Shown: in pieces, positions 62,025 to 64,000 of the stretch
How the letters are laid out: the number at the start of each line of letters is the position of its first letter
Numbering within the stretch: position 1 is the stretch's first letter
Source of the DNA: Zygnema circumcarinatum SAG 698-1b
Lineage: Eukaryota > Plantae > Zygnematophyceae
Direction: 5' to 3'
DNA: 64,000 nucleotides
Assembly: GCA_037447605.1 (NCBI GenBank)
Contig: CM074819.1
Location: 2,088,844 to 2,152,843 of the forward strand
The notes under the pieces: model-generated
What the model saw: only the letters and a program-made list of their open reading frames with translations
The model's database searches: none
Told to the model about the DNA's origin: nothing
Made by a program: the position numbers and the translations under genes

Positions 62025-62186
62025 AAAGTTCTAACGGTCATATTTTACTTTACGAAAGCCATGTCTCCCACTCTCCCTCTCTCCCTCTCTCCCTCTCTCC
62101 CTCTCTCTCTATGGCCGGTTTCTGAAAGCCCGGAGCCTCTGCTCCGGAGCTTCCTCCATCTGCGGAAGTCGACAGAGATGAAGGAG
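62025..62186 (+). pseudogene. Tandem partial duplicate of the helicase promoter and first exon, with a nonsense change
   Basis: Copies 62274-62505. ATG GCC GGT TTC TGA (62111-62125) replaces ATG GCC GGT TTC TGG. Confidence 0.88.
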
Positions 62187-62424
62187 ATGGCCAAAAAACC
62201 TAAAAACCCTAAAAACCCTAAAAACCCTAAAAACCCTAAAAACCCAAAAAACCCTAAAAACCCATTAAACCCAAAGTTCTAACGGTCATGTTTTACTTTA
62301 CGAAAGCATTGTCTCCCACTCTCCCTCTCCCACTCCCTCCCTCTCTCCCTCTCTCCCACTCTCCCTCTCTCCCTCTCCCCCTCCCTCTCTCTCCCTCTCT
62401 CCCTCTCCCTCTCCCTCTCTCTCT

Positions 62425-63070
62425 ATGGCCGGTTTCTGGAAGCCCGGAACCTCTGCTCCGGAGCTTCCTCCGTCTGCGGAAGTCGACAGAGATGAAGGAG
62501 ATGGCGCTGCGGCAGCCATGGCCGTCAGAGGAAGGTGAAGCTGCAGACCCTAAATTTCTCAAACCCTAATTTTCAACCTGAACCCTAACCTTAATCCCTC
62601 AATCCCTTCCGCTCTAATGTTTACCTTCTGCACACGTCAAAACACAAATTTGCACGAGTTTCAAACATCTTTGATTGCAACGGTGTTGATTATTAACCCT
62701 AAAACTTAAACTGAAACTGAAATTCGGCGATGATTGAAGCGTTAAAATCTGACGATGTCCGTTTGACAAGGCGATCAAAATGTCAAAAAAAAATAATATT
62801 AAAGTCACATTAAAAGGTTCTTATTCTCCAGTCCAACAAATTTCTGTAAACTATTTTTTCTTTTGTGCTTTGTGAGTCATTTTTTCTCTCACATGTTTGT
62901 TTGCTTTAATCATTTTTTTTTCCAGGTCCGACGGATTAAGCCTTCAGCAACAGAGGGAAAGGCTGCCCAACTTTCAGCGGAGAAGCGCTGTCTTGTATCT
63001 CGTGGAGAAGCATGCGACAACTGTCATTGTTGGAGAGACAGGGAGCGGAAAGTCTACTCAAATACCACAA
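62425..63070 (+). CDS. DHX35: 5' exons of a DEAH-box RNA helicase, DHX35-like (62425-62534, 62926-63070); the rest was not seen in this window
   Basis: MAGFWKPGT start, then QQQRERLP.F..R..VLYLVEKHATTVIVGETGSGKSTQIPQ (Walker A). The phase-2 intron joins in frame. Confidence 0.8.
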
Positions 63071-64000
63071 GTAAACTCTAGAACTGATAAACAAAGCTTA
63101 TTTTTGATTGATTGAACAAAATCTGGCTATATAAGGGAACGTCCCAACATGTCACCTGCGTGTAAACACAACGCTTAGGTTGTGTTCTGTTGGGATTATC
63201 TTTAGGCAAAGCGTACAAACAAATTGCGCGCTGTGCTTCAACGACTACACGCCAGAGTTCTGATGTGCGTTTTATTCAAGGTTCTTTGGAATACTTTACT
63301 GGCTTCATCACAGTGTTCGCAACCATAATGGAGCTCCGCAAGCAAAATAAGATGGCGACCTTTGGTTGAGATGACCCACAGTCGCTTAATTTCCTTCTTG
63401 GCTCGCAAACAAGGCAATAAGACGCGCAGTTCGTGTGCAAGCTTGTTCTCTTTGGTGGCGCTGCTCCAACTGTGTGCTGCTTATATAGATTTGCTTTGCT
63501 TAGCAGTTCTGCTAAGCAAAGCAAAACAAAAGTGCTATTTGAAGGAAACATAGTGGATACAATACCCTTGTAATTATGGTAGTTAGCTCAAATAGAACTT
63601 GTAATGGTTGGGTTTCTAATAGAGAACCTTACGCAACATCAGATTATGATATAGTCTGCACTTGACGGTAACATCAAGCATACTTCAGTAGCGTGATACT
63701 CTTATTAATCACGTTTCAAAGCAATAAGCTTAGAAGTCACACACAAAGCCCAGATGCTATGGAGGCTGTACAGGATTAGGGCCTCCTTTTTACAAATACA
63801 TCTCACTATATTCTGAGATAGTACCTACAGCTAAAGGGGTACCAATCAGTAGGAAAAAAACTGTTGAACACTGTGTTACGTGCTACACTCAATAGTACGA
63901 ACACGTAACCGTTTTCTCCTCAGAGACTGCACGTGAGACTTAGTGTGTGTTACACGCTGCTTTTGCATTTTAGCACCTTAGGCGTTTTCNNNNNNNNNNT

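Overview
Repeat-rich eukaryotic nuclear DNA of plant (streptophyte) type, with many short N gaps. That it is a non-seed plant or streptophyte alga is only an impression. The left half (1-33.5 kb) is a transposon nest. It holds five related Ty1/copia LTR families: one full-length element with LTRs and TSD, one Gag-protease-only element, one degenerate element, one nested LTR and one solo LTR. It also holds a degenerate CRE-like RT-RLE non-LTR retrotransposon, six copies of a MITE with ANT target duplications, a CDPK/CRK kinase exon remnant, and two paralogous genes for a secreted legume-lectin protein with an (RRPPP)n tail. The right half carries tRNA-His(GTG) head-to-head with a 27-exon plant tRNA ligase gene (RNL), a convergent mTERF (PTAC15-like), a DUF220/SRPBCC gene and the 5' end of a DHX35-like helicase. 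Introns are filled with telomere-like and GA/CT repeats. The best leads are: (i) all five LTR families start Gag inside the LTR and share a bulged, covarying leader hairpin; (ii) the lectin-(RRPPP)n pair has patchy hypervariable loops; (iii) telomere-like repeats occur in introns, inside a kinase exon and within an apparent coding exon. All alignments and exon joins were done by eye and no database search was run.
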